Source: Octopus bimaculoides
Taxonomy: Eukaryota
Direction of reading: 5' to 3'
Length of the DNA: 64,000 nt
Assembly (NCBI RefSeq): GCF_001194135.2
Contig: NC_068985.1
Coordinates: 42,894,293 to 42,958,292, forward strand
Shown: positions 52,706 through 64,000 of the stretch, in pieces
How positions within the stretch are numbered: position 1 is the first letter of the stretch
Layout: each line of letters begins with the position of its first letter
Notes under the pieces: generated by a model
Told to the model about the DNA's origin: nothing
Database searches by the model: none
What the model saw: the letters and a program-made list of their open reading frames with translations, nothing else
Program-made: the position numbers and the translations under genes

Positions 52706-53389
52706 CTATGCTTTCCAATATAATTCTATTCATATCTAAGATGCATTACAACATAAATCAACCCTAATATTTAAGTGGTATTTTATCTTATTAATACATT
52801 AATTGTCATGGCCTGTTACTGGAACTTACCAGTGATGCCACATATTTCTGGTCACACTGCATACTCTTTAAATACAAGAAAATATAATTGTTTGCATGTC
52901 TACAATATTTTATAATTAAGCTTTAAATATTTAAATATCCTTGAAACCATAAGAAAGATACTCAAATTATGAAAATGTACCACCAGTGGTGCATATGACG
53001 GCAGTTGTGTGAAGTTTGCAATGAACCACCAGTGGTACACATGGCAGTTAATGTATTGACCTCCGAAGGACAAAGGCAAAGTTGATCTCAGAAGGATTTT
53101 CACTTAGAATATACATGGTTACAACTAAATACCATGTTTTTCAACTCACAAATAATTCCACCAATCTACTACCAATTAATAAAAAATCTACACTGATTAA
53201 TTGCTATTTCTGAATTATCAAAACATTAAATAAACATTTAGAAACAAATCTGTAAATCTATGGTGTCACTAAAACATCCAATCACACAACTTTTAAAACT
53301 ACTAATTCTTCTACACTTACATACTATCCTTCTTGTGTTCTCCATCTATCATGTGTAGTCCATCTTTTAGTTTTTCTTTTTCACTTGCT

Positions 53390-54170
53390 ATGGGTGGAAG
53401 AAGGGGTAGCACCTAAGGTTATTCTCTGGATACAGTCTAGAATGTATGAGTGCACAGTAGCAGCACTGTCCCAGGTGTGGAAGAAATGCTTCCATTGTTT
53501 ACCTTATGTGAGCCATGTAAAGCATTAGCCATTGCTGGGAGCTGAAACTTTTTTCTAATCCTGAAAAGAAGGCAAGTCTCTATGAATGTAGGCCTAGCTA
53601 TGTAAAGAATGTCCTTTAGCCAGGGGAGATCCTGAATGATAGTGAAACCGAGGGCTCTAACTGAATGTCACTCATAATGTAGGGAGTAGGGTACATTGGT
53701 CTTTTCTTAATAAATAATGCTCAAGTTTTTTTGCTGTTAAAAGAGACAGCAGGATATGGCCTTGCCAGAGTTTCCACTTATGGAATCAGTGCAGATCTGG
53801 CATGTGGTGTCTAGGATGTGTGGAAGGTGCATGGTTCAGGAAGATTAGGGAGAAATGCAAGTCAACATTATCAACATAAAAGTAGACATGATTGGATGTA
53901 GTGGAAAGTATGTCATTGATGTACAAAAAAGGATAAGTGAAGTCAAAACTAAACTCTAATTCACACCAGATTTGTATGAGAGATGGACAGCAAGATCTCT
54001 GCCAACATATTCGGTGATAATGTAATCTGATGAGAAGCTACTAATCCAAGAAATAAGAGGTGTGGAACTAGTAGACAGGAAGTTTTGATAGGAGATTAAT
54101 ATGCCACATATCTAGAGTAACAACATTGCTTTCACTGAGCTTTTCTAAAGTAAGAGCTCACAGGTGAGTG
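53390..54170 (-). mobile_element. Degenerate CR1/L2-like LINE RT fragment
   Basis: Minus fragments WHINLLSKLP, LFLYINDILSTTSNHV, VSFNSKKT, LPWLKDI, LFRIRKSFSSQQWLMLY..HIR..SSHTWD. Confidence 0.75.
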
Positions 54171-55504
54171 ACATAAGCGATCAGGCCTCTAGTAGATCTG
54201 GTTCAGTAGATGTTCTAGTGGACATTAAGGGGAGAGAGAGGAGGAAAGAGGGCGAGAGAGGGTCTGTCATTTTTTAATGGCTGCCTTCCCTACCTTACAG
54301 ATGTATCCTCCACTACCTCCTCACTCTCTACCCCATCTTCCACTCTGTTTCTCTCCCTCATGTATCCTTCCTTCCTTCCACAACTTCTCTCTCTTTATCT
54401 TCATCTATTACATTTTATCTACCCGAGAGTCTAATTCTATGCAAATTATATAGTAATATATTACTCACAGGTCACCAACTCAAAGACAAATGGGTGATGA
54501 CTGGAGTTATAATTTATTCAGAATCTTGAGGAAACTAGTTGTAGTGTACATCAGTAATAAAAGTCAGTCTCTCCCCACTCCATACAAATTTATTCAAACG
54601 TACAGTAAATTATAATTTATCCAGACAATGTGTGTTAAACACTCTAAGTTCCACTTCCACTGAATACAAGTTTATTTCATAAATCTCACTCTTGTTTGAA
54701 ATGATTAAGCTACAGTGACATCAATGGGGTAAATGTGTAAAACATTTGTTAATCAAAACAACATAATGGTAGCAGTTATTGCCAATTTTGTCTACCATAG
54801 TTTTCATGACAGATTAAATAGCTTGATTTGCAGATAAACTTCTCGTTCTTAATTATCCAACATTCATTTTAATAACTATTTTTTAAAAGATAGTTGCTTT
54901 TTTATTTGCCATACTTTATATCAATGTAGTTGAAAGAGTTGACATCTCTTGCTCACAATGTTTCCTTAGATAAAAAATATTTCTGTTTTTATCTGATGCA
55001 GCCCAGTTGCAATTAAAAGACTGAGCAAGAATTAAGAAACATTATTGCTAGGAATCCAGGAATGTGCTATAAGTGGATCTTGAGACCTGCTCAGATACTG
55101 TTAATAAAAACAACAAATACTTGTCTACATGCTTCCATTTTCCCAACCAACCTCAATGAAAATTTAAATATATCCTTTTGTTTGGTAACTGTTATTTTGT
55201 GGAAAATAAATGAGTCTATTGAAGTTAAGATCACTGGATCAATTGTATTCTACAAAATTGCACAATACAACGACTATAGCAGAACTGAAATTCATAACCC
55301 AGTTGAAATATACTCAGTAACATAATCTCAATACAAATCATTTAGTGCTAATTACCATACAAAATAGTAAATCTCTTAAGGTAGAAACCAATCTCAAAAA
55401 TTAAGCCTTGTTTTATCATACTATCTGCTATATTGAATTTCTTCAAATGAAATCAATATCTTCCCTAGTAAAATCAAAAATGTGTACTTATTGTAAAAAT
55501 AAAG

Positions 55505-55790
<286 letters not shown>

Positions 55791-55852
55791 AATATGGACT
55801 TGGGTGCATATAGAGTTTCTTTCTCAGAGTAGCAGAAACTGTGTTTTGTGAA

Positions 55853-56000
55853 GGTGCATGGCCTACTGGTTAGAATGTTAGGCTTATGATCTTTGGGCTG
55901 TGGGTTTAATTCTTGAACCAGGTGGGACACTGTGTCCTTGAGCAAGGTGCTTTTTGCTTTCAGATTGCCTCATTCTACTCAGCTGCAATCAGTATTGACC
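55853..56000 (+). mobile_element. tRNA-derived SINE family F head
   Basis: gcatggcctactggttagaatg...gtgtccttgagcaaggtgctt...ctactcagctg. Confidence 0.7.
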
Positions 56001-56293
56001 TAGTAATGATGGTGTAGCCCTCCCTTCCTCCAGCTGTCACATCCTGGATGTCTACTTAATTATATTGGATAGGACAATACTTGATATTTATAACTCTAAT
56101 GCTCTGCAACTTGACATCTATCACAGCATATGTTTCTTGGAAATTCTCGCAATTTACTCATAATTACATAGGATCTGATGAGAATGACAGAAGGCAAACT
56201 ATTTCATTAATTGAGTGATTAATTTATACATAAATCTTATATGTACAAACCAATGTGTATAGTGATGAAAATAGACAAATAGTTCCTCTAGCC

Positions 56294-56722
56294 CAATGGT
56301 TCCCAAACAGGGTGGTATGCCTCATAGGTGCAGCAGAAAAGGGTAGCAGGTGAGGCATAATGACTGAAAGACAATCAAACATTTAGAAACAGTTTCAAAA
56401 AATTAATGTGCCAAAAATAAATATGATTTCAAAATTTAAAATACTATTATGGATTACTTGTAATTGCATGCATGAGCCCCAGTATAAACAGTTATAAATA
56501 ATTATTGACCAATTTTACTATTGTGATATTTTTGCATTAATCAAGTATTAAGAATATTGTAATTAGGATCTGCAAATTGGAGGAGAGAGTTATCAATAAT
56601 AATGTTCTGACACCAAATCAGTGGTTATTTTCCTTTAACTCTCTCTCAGGACCTATGGCAAGATGTGAGCAAATTTTCATTCCAAAAATGCGGCCCAGAG
56701 AAAAAGAGCTTGGGAACCACTG
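56294..56722. mobile_element. hAT (Charlie-like) MITE
   Basis: TIRs CAATGGTTCCCAAAC and GCTTGGGAACCACTG; perfect TSD CTCTAGCC at 56286-56293 and 56723-56730. Confidence 0.9.
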
Positions 56723-57217
56723 CTCTAGCCATTGAAAACACTGATAACTTTTTTCATCTAATTGCTATTATATTCTACAATAAATGCATGAACTGATTGA
56801 ATTAATTTCCTCAGATTTACAATTTGTATGGAATGCTCTGAGGATTTAATGCATACAGATTCTGATTTTTCACACTGGACATTCTGTTAGGCAGTATTTT
56901 CACATGGAATTCTTTGGTTGAGTTATATGCCTGAATTTCTTTAATCCCTACTTTCTCTCATGATGGATGGATAGATGGATGGATGGATGGATGGATGTTT
57001 GGATGGATGTCTGGATGGATAAAACAGATGCTATTAATTTTCACACCATGCTCTGTCTATGTGTACACAGGAGGAATTAATCAGGTCGTTATTTCAATTC
57101 AGCATTACTAACTACCTGACACTATTAATTATTTTGATTTAATGATTTTGATTCTTTTTAATAAATGAAAAGTTCCCATTACTGATGACAAAGGGTAATG
57201 ATGGATAGGGTGTTACA

Positions 57218-57530
57218 TGTTGTTTAACCCCAGGTCTAATTCAACACATCTGTAATCAAAGATAATCCAACCATGACCAACCCATTTTTTGCAGACATGG
57301 AGTATCTCAGACTACATTATCAAATATTGTTGTTGTTTAGCCCCAGGTCAGCTCTGTTTCAGCAGACATATAATCAAAAGCTGTGACCATCTTGCCTTGA
57401 GGAGGGAGGGAGCAAGGTGAACAGAGTACTACATCATCTAATGTGTCCTTCTTTTTTTGGAAGGCAGTGGAGTGCTATTAAAAGGATATTTGGTTGCAAT
57501 TTCTAGCAGGTCAAATGACTATGTAGAGAC
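57218..57530 (+). repeat. Two tandem family E copies
   Basis: The ttgtttaaccccagg head is repeated at about 57330. Confidence 0.7.
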
Positions 57531-57845
57531 CACATTTGTTGTATATAATACAGTGGTAAGCATAAGAAGTTATCATATAGTAGTTAGTGGCTATACTTAT
57601 AGTAGTTAGCAGTTATGGTAGGGTAGTTAGGGGCAATAGTATAGTAATTTGTGACTATAGTGTTGTAGTTAGTTGATACAATATAGTAGTTAGTAGTTAC
57701 AGTATACAGTTAATAGTTAAAGTGATAGTAGTCAGCAGGTATAATAGTGGTTATAGTATAGTAATTCATAGCTATAGCATAATAGTGGCAGCAGTAAAGT
57801 TAGAGGCCATAGTATAATAATAGCTGATTTTAGTTGCAATAGTAT

Positions 57846-60759
57846 TGTAGTGAAAATGGTACACTCTTTCCCAAGTGACAAGGTGGTATGACAGAGCCAC
57901 TATAATGTTAGACAGTCAGTCGTTGTAGGAGGTGAGTAGTAGTAGAGTCATTGTACGAGTTCTCAATCGGAGTCAGTGTCAGTTATGTGATATATACGAG
58001 GTACTGTCAAGGTGGATGTTTCAAAGTCATTGTCTTGTAGAGCTATCAGCGATAGCAGAATAGACGAGCAAAAGATAATAAGATGCGGAATACTGCCACA
58101 ACATAATAGTAGTGACAAGAATATTACAGTGCAGACAAAAGCATACATGTGGATGAGGATCCACATTATAACAGTGGCAACAAAGATATAAACAATTCAC
58201 AGAGACAACATTGAAAAAAGAAAAATCTTTTTTCACAAGATAATAAACAATTCACATGAATGACATTGAAAAGTTTTTCATATAAAGAAATTAAAAACTC
58301 AACAGAGGAGTAACAAACATTTTAGTATAAATTTTACAAAAAATTCATAAAATTATGGCAAACTTGTTAGAGGGTTTAGCTGAGTTGCAAAAACAGCAAC
58401 GAAAGCAACTCAAAGAACAAGAACAACAACAAGTATTATAGCAACAAATGCTACAACTAATGAAGTTGGTAACAAAACTGGAAAATATGTTTTCGCCAGA
58501 CTATGTAGCAAATTCAATAAATGAATTTAAATATGACCTCGAAGAAGGAATCACTTTTGAGGCATATTACTGAAGATTTGAACAAATTTTCAAAAAAGAA
58601 TGCCAAGACTGAATGGATGAAATGAAAACACGTCTAATTCTGAGGAAACTGGCAACACAATAGAGCATGAGAAAAACTGCAACTTTATATGGTTTAAAAA
58701 AGTTTCTGACATAAATTTCAGGGGCCCAATTGACATTTTATGTAAGATGTTCAGTGAAAAAACATTGTTATTCAATACATGCTGGAAGTGTTTAATCACA
58801 GAGAAAAGTGATGACAAAGACTTTACCACATATGCTGGTAGCATGAACAGAGAGTGCGAGAGATTTAAACTGGATAAACTAACACCAGACTCATTCAAGT
58901 GCATGATTTTTGCTCAGGGACTTACTGCTGAAAAGGACACAGAAGTCAGAATGAAAATTCTTGCAAAGCTGGAAATGAACCAGGATATAACCAGGAAACT
59001 GTCAGAAGAGTGCGATATGATATTAAAAGTAAGGCATGACACAGAAGAAATCCAACGCAGAGATTATTTACAGATAAAATCAGTGTGGAATAGTCGGAAG
59101 GCGGATAAAGTGTTTCACAAAAAACACAATATACAACAGGAGATAAACGTATGTATGGCATGCAGTGGTAGGCACCTAAGAAAAGAGTGTCCATTCAAAA
59201 AAGCAAAGTGTTTTCATTGTGGGAACACAGGACACATTAAATTGCACTGCAGAACTAAAATGAAAAATTGGACCAACAAGAAAAAATAAATAGCCTGTCA
59301 TCAGAGAAAAACATTTGTACAATGAACAGAAAATTCATAAAAGTGAGAAACGAAACCACTAGTGTCAAAATGCAACCAGACACGGGTAGTGACATTGCTA
59401 TCATAAATGAAGAAACTTGGCAATGTATTTTTGGAAGGATTAGGCTGTTGCACTAAAACAAAAGTGAAGATTGTAATAAAAGAAAATGCAACACCTATTT
59501 TTAGGCCCAAATGAAACATACCATTTGCGGCATTGGACCAGGTCAATAAAGAGCTAGAAAGACTAATTATACTTGAAAAAGTCAACCATTCAGACTGAGC
59601 AGCTCCGATGGTTTATGTAAAGAAAAAAAAATAAACTAAGAGTGTTTGTGAACTTTCAAGCTGGATTAAACGACTGTTTACTTGAATGCAACTATCCATT
59701 ACCAAGCCCAGAAAAAGTGTTCTCAAAACTGAATGGGAGAAAAATTTTCTTGAAGTTAGACCTCTCAAAGGTCTATCTACAGATACAGGTAGAGGAAGAG
59801 TGCACACACCTTTTAACAATTGACACAGACCGTGGATTGTATAAATTCAAGTGGCTTCCTTTTGGAGTAAAAAACGTGGCACTTGCTATATTCCAACAAG
59901 TGATGGACATAATGTTAAATGAATGTGGCTTCACTGTCACTTATTTCAATGATATTTTGATGAAGAGCAAGTAGAGCAACACTTCGAACAAATTAAAAAA
60001 ACCATTTGGAAAAATAAATGAATATGGGTTTAGACTAACAGAGGAAAAGTGTGAATTTTTTATGAAAAAAAATCAAATACTTGGGTCAAGAAATTGATGT
60101 AAGGAAACAAAGGCTGAACCCATCAAGGGTGATGGCAATATGGAATATGCCTCCCCCAATGAACGTCAAATTGTTACAAGCATTCTTAGGCTTGATAAAC
60201 TACTATCAAGTATATATCCTGAACATACACAACACAAGGGTTCCACTAAACAAGCTGTTAAAAAAGGATGCCAAATGGTTTTGGTCAGAAAAATGCCAGA
60301 AGGCATTTGAGGAACTAAAAAGCATGTTAACTTCAGACTTGTTGCTTACAAACTTTGATCCAAAGTTGGAAATGATACTGGCAACAGATGCTAGTGAGTA
60401 GGTGCCATACTCCTACACAAATATGAAGATGGCAGCCAAAAGGACGCTATTGCCAGCAGAAAAACATTATAGCCAAATTGAAAAAGAGGATTGGCGATTA
60501 TATTTGGCATAAAAGAGTTCCACAAGTTTATATATGGTGGAGCCAAGAAAGGAATCCCAGTACATACAGTAAACAGGTTGCAATGATGGGGCACCATACT
60601 ACTAAACTACAACTACACAACGAGATATTTACCTTTGAAAAAGCTAGGATATGCTGATAGCCTATCCAGGTTAATACCCAGAAATGGTGAACCATTTGAG
60701 GACACAGTAATAGCAGCTCTAAGAGCTGAAGGGGAAATTAAACACATAATGTGGAACAT
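57846..60759 (+). mobile_element. Ty3/gypsy (Mag-like) LTR retrotransposon copy 1: putative LTR, PBS, gag, PR, RT, RNase H (degenerate)
   Basis: PBS-like 58175-58187; gag with CX2CX3HX4C and CX2CX4HX4C; PR QPDTGSD; RT KLDLSKVYLQI, LPFGVK and YFND; RNase H LATDAS and YADSLSRL. No integrase seen. The LTR start is uncertain. Confidence 0.92.
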
Positions 60760-62305
60760 TGTACCTCACTTCATTATATATTTTATTGATACTACATGGT
60801 TATAGTGTAAAAAAGTATTGTCATTACAATTGGCAATACAACAAAATTGCCGACAAGGATTCAAAGCTCATACAGGTCAGTTAACAAATTTTAGCGATAC
60901 AAAGATTTTAAGGACGGGAGACCTATTAGCTTCTATAATACAGTAGCAAGAACAGAAACAGGAGCTGCAGAAACAACTATTTCAGCAACAAGAAAAACAA
61001 CAATGGTTAAAGGTGCTATGTCTTAAGAAGTTTGTTTTCGCTAGATGGTGTATTGAACTCTGTAACAGAATTCAGTTATGATCCAGAGGAGGGTATAACG
61101 TTTTTAGCATACTTTAGAAGGTACAAAGAAATTTTCAGGGAAGATTGCAAGTTTTGGATGAACAACAGAAAAGTAAGATTATTATTACATGAATTAGCAC
61201 CGACTGAACACAAAAAATATTGTAATTTCATACTACCCAAAAAAACTAGTGAAATTTGTTTCCAGGAAACAGTTAAACTACTATCAAAAGTATTCAGTGA
61301 TAAGAGTTCCCTGTTTAACACTCAGTGGGAGTGTTGGAATCTAGTTAAAAGAGAGGATGAAGATTTTGTCATGTATGCTGGGACCATAAACTGAATGTGC
61401 AAAAGGTTTAAATTGAAGGAACTAACACCTGATATGTTTAAGTGCCTCATTTTTGTGCAAGGGTTTATGGCAAACAAAGATGCAGAGTTATGTGCAAGAA
61501 TTCTCACAAAACTTGAACAAACAGACCAAAGTTTAACCCTGCAGACAGTTGCAGAGGAGTGTCAAAGAATAGTAAACTTACGTCAAAATGTAAAGAAAAT
61601 TGAAGAGGAGATCTCACAAGTACCAGTATGTCAACCAGGAAGGTATAAACAAAAAAAAAATGTTAAGACCAAACCCATGCTATGGATGTGGAGCCCTACA
61701 TTTCAGGAAGGATTGTCCTATCCAAATGCAAAAATATTGCTGTTGTCAAAAAGTAGGACACAAGACCTCACATTGCGGAGCAAAGATAGGAAGGTCAAAC
61801 ATAAAAAATGCTAAAGTTTTCTCAATGGAAAATAGAAGTGACACCAAAAAGAGGAAATCTGTACATGTAAAAGTAAACGAAGTGAATATTAAACTTCAAT
61901 TAGATACTGGTAGTAACATCTCAATTATTAATGCCAACACATGGAAAAGAATTGGGAAACCTATGTTAAGAAAAACATCAAAAATTGCATAAGGTGTGAC
62001 TGGTGAAAACTACACTTCGTTGGCGAAATGTGGAGTGATATCACATTCCTGGGGGGAAAAACCTGTAGAGCAAAAGTTTCTGTGGTGAAAAACGCAACCA
62101 ATCTGTTCAGTATGGACTGGATGGAGTTGTTTGACTTATGGGACCTCCTCATAAGTCCGTTCTGTAAAAAAACAAATGGCTGTCCCACCAGTGAAATTGA
62201 AGAAAAAATTTTAAAACTTGTTTTCTGAAGTGCTGTTGAATAAATTAGGTCTTTGTTCTAAATCTGGGGCCTGTTTTCAAATAAAGGAATACATGTACCT
62301 GTATT
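60760..62305 (+). mobile_element. Ty3/gypsy (Mag-like) copy 2: LTR remnant, PBS, gag, PR (truncated at gap)
   Basis: PBS-like 60848-60860; gag FSYDPEEGITFLAYFRRY; knuckles PCYGCGALHFRKDC and CQKVGHKTSHC; PR LQLDTGSNISII. Confidence 0.92.
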
Positions 62306-62405
62306 NNNNNNNNNNNNNNNNNNNNNNNNNNNNNNNNNNNNNNNNNNNNNNNNNNNNNNNNNNNNNNNNNNNNNNNNNNNNNNNNNNNNNNNNNNNNNNN
62401 NNNNN
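62306..62405. other. Assembly gap (100 N)
   Basis: N run. Confidence 1.
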
Positions 62406-62438
<33 letters not shown>

Positions 62439-62982
62439 CAGTAATCCCTCACTTTATGAGAGCCCATGTTTACGAGTTTTATTTTTCAAGTACAAGATCC
62501 AAATTTTGAATGAAGTACAAAAGTTTCTACTATCATAACAAATGCTTCTGCATGTTACCAAGAAATTTATAGAGAGTTTAAAAAAATGCTGCTTCTAAGC
62601 CAACAACTCCAGACTTGTTTTTTTTTAAAAGAAGTCTACAAGTCTGTCTATGAGTGCTTGTGAATTGGCAATTGTGACTACAAGTAACAGCATGTGTGAG
62701 TCTAGTGCAAGTGAAAGTGATTCAGAAAATTATTATTATAATAATGTTTTTTATTATAAATGATCTTGACGTGCTTTTTACTTTACATAAAATATTCTTT
62801 ACATTCTACTCTTGTTTTATTGCCATTTGTTTACAAGTATTATAAATTTTATTGGTAAAATATTTTTATGGGAACAAATTACGATTTATGATATTACTAC
62901 TATGGGAAATTATTGCTCTGCTTTACAAATTTTCGCTTTATGTGTGTTCTCCGGGAACAAATTAACTCATATATTGAGGTAT
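62439..62982 (+). mobile_element. Non-autonomous Tigger-like element
   Basis: Starts cagtaatccctc, retains an ACYQEIYRE..KK..TT.DLFF-like C-terminal remnant, ends ggaacaaattaactcatattgaggta. Confidence 0.55.
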
Positions 62983-63000
62983 GTATATACATACATGCAC

Positions 63001-63220
63001 ACAAGGTGGTGCTGAAAAGTTCTTGGCTTTAAGGGTATGGCGAAAGGCCTAATTGGAAGCCCTACCTTCCAAGATCTATTACAGGGCTTAGAAAAATTGA
63101 TGGACTATTGCAATAAGTGTATGAATCTGAGAGTGAAATATGCTAAATAAAATTATAATTAACTGATCCTCCTGTATTTCCTTTTACCAAAAACCAGGAA
63201 CTTTTTAGCACCCACTCTTA
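63001..63220 (+). mobile_element. mariner-derived MITE
   Basis: TIRs ggtgctgaaaagttcttggcttt and aaaccaggaactttttagcaccc; internal LQGLEKLMDYCNKCMNLRVKYAK* resembles the mariner C-terminus. Confidence 0.85.
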
Positions 63221-63222
63221 TA

Positions 63223-63930
63223 TACAAGGTAGGTGAAAAGTAAATAGGCATTAAAAACTGTTAATAAAATCCATATTCCTTTTACAAATCTATTGAAACA
63301 AATGATACATGTTCTTTATTACATGGGAAAATGAAAGTAAATCTTCACATTTCAACACAAGCACTGGTGGCATCAATCAAGTTCCTCAAACGGCCAGGGA
63401 TGGACTGAACAACCTTCTGAAGGACATCATCTGGGATATCATTGAGAACCTCCTGAATCTGTGTTTCCAAGTCCTCCAGTGTGTGAGGTTTGTCTTGTAT
63501 GCCTCCTCTTTTGTGTAACCCCACAGGTAAAAATCACATAGGGTGAGATTTGGACTTGTTGGAGTACTGGACTTCTGGGCTTCTGTGGTCACGGTCTTCA
63601 GGCTTCAGCTCCTGCATCTAATGGGGTTTCCACGGACGAAAATTCAATTCTTTATGCAACACTGGACATATTGTGTGTCTTGTTAGTCCACTTTCACAAG
63701 CTGCTTGATATGTTGATTTTTGTGGGCTGCAATTAAACATTTCCAGCACTGTTGCCACATCCTCCACTGATCAGGATGTGGTTGGATGGCCACTTCTTGC
63801 ATCGTTCACAGAGCCCGTGGTCATCAGCTTTGCATGACAACTTTTTATTATCTCCAGACGCAGTGCTGCATGCTTACCTTTCCATGTATGCCACCGTCTC
63901 TGAACCAAAACAATGGAATTCCTGCTATCT
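63223..63930 (-). mobile_element. Tc1/mariner (rosa/maT-like) transposase remnant, internally deleted
   Basis: TGSVND.RSGHP..SPQKST..KELNFRPWKPH.MQEL.PEDRDHR joined almost directly to SPNLTLCDFYLWGYTKEEAYKTKPHTLEDLETQI. Confidence 0.85.
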
Positions 63931-64000
63931 TAGCTCACTCCTGAACAGTCAAGCGACTGGCCAGCTGGAAAATAAGAAATAAGGCAATAAGAAAATAAGA

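Noticed and set aside
56176-56215. Second hammerhead candidate (CTGATGAG followed by an aatga/tcatt stem)
   Set aside because: No CGAAA after stem II and no stem III.
57570-57845. TAG/ATAGT-rich stretch as a regulatory array
   Set aside because: Degenerate minisatellite with no stable period or recognisable motif.

Overview
AT-rich animal DNA with four N gaps and many microsatellites. The repeat content suggests a cephalopod (Octopus-like) intron or intergenic region; this is an inference and no database was searched. No intact protein-coding gene is supported. Every recognisable ORF is a decayed transposon fragment. Non-LTR retroelements: an R4/Dong-like RT next to (TAA)n, two RTE copies with a Cys-rich PHD-like insert in RT, a CR1/L2-like RT and a Penelope-like GIY-YIG linker. 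LTR and rolling-circle elements: two Mag-like Ty3/gypsy copies with tRNA-Ser primer-binding-site remnants and a Helitron 3' end. Cut-and-paste elements: two Tigger/pogo copies, Tc1/mariner remnants and several MITEs with clear TIRs or TSDs. At least four tRNA-derived SINE families are also present. The best unexplained signal is a minus-strand type I hammerhead ribozyme motif at about 13.13-13.21 kb. A chain of small minus-strand exon candidates (7.3-18.7 kb) may belong to a host gene but rests on splice signals alone.
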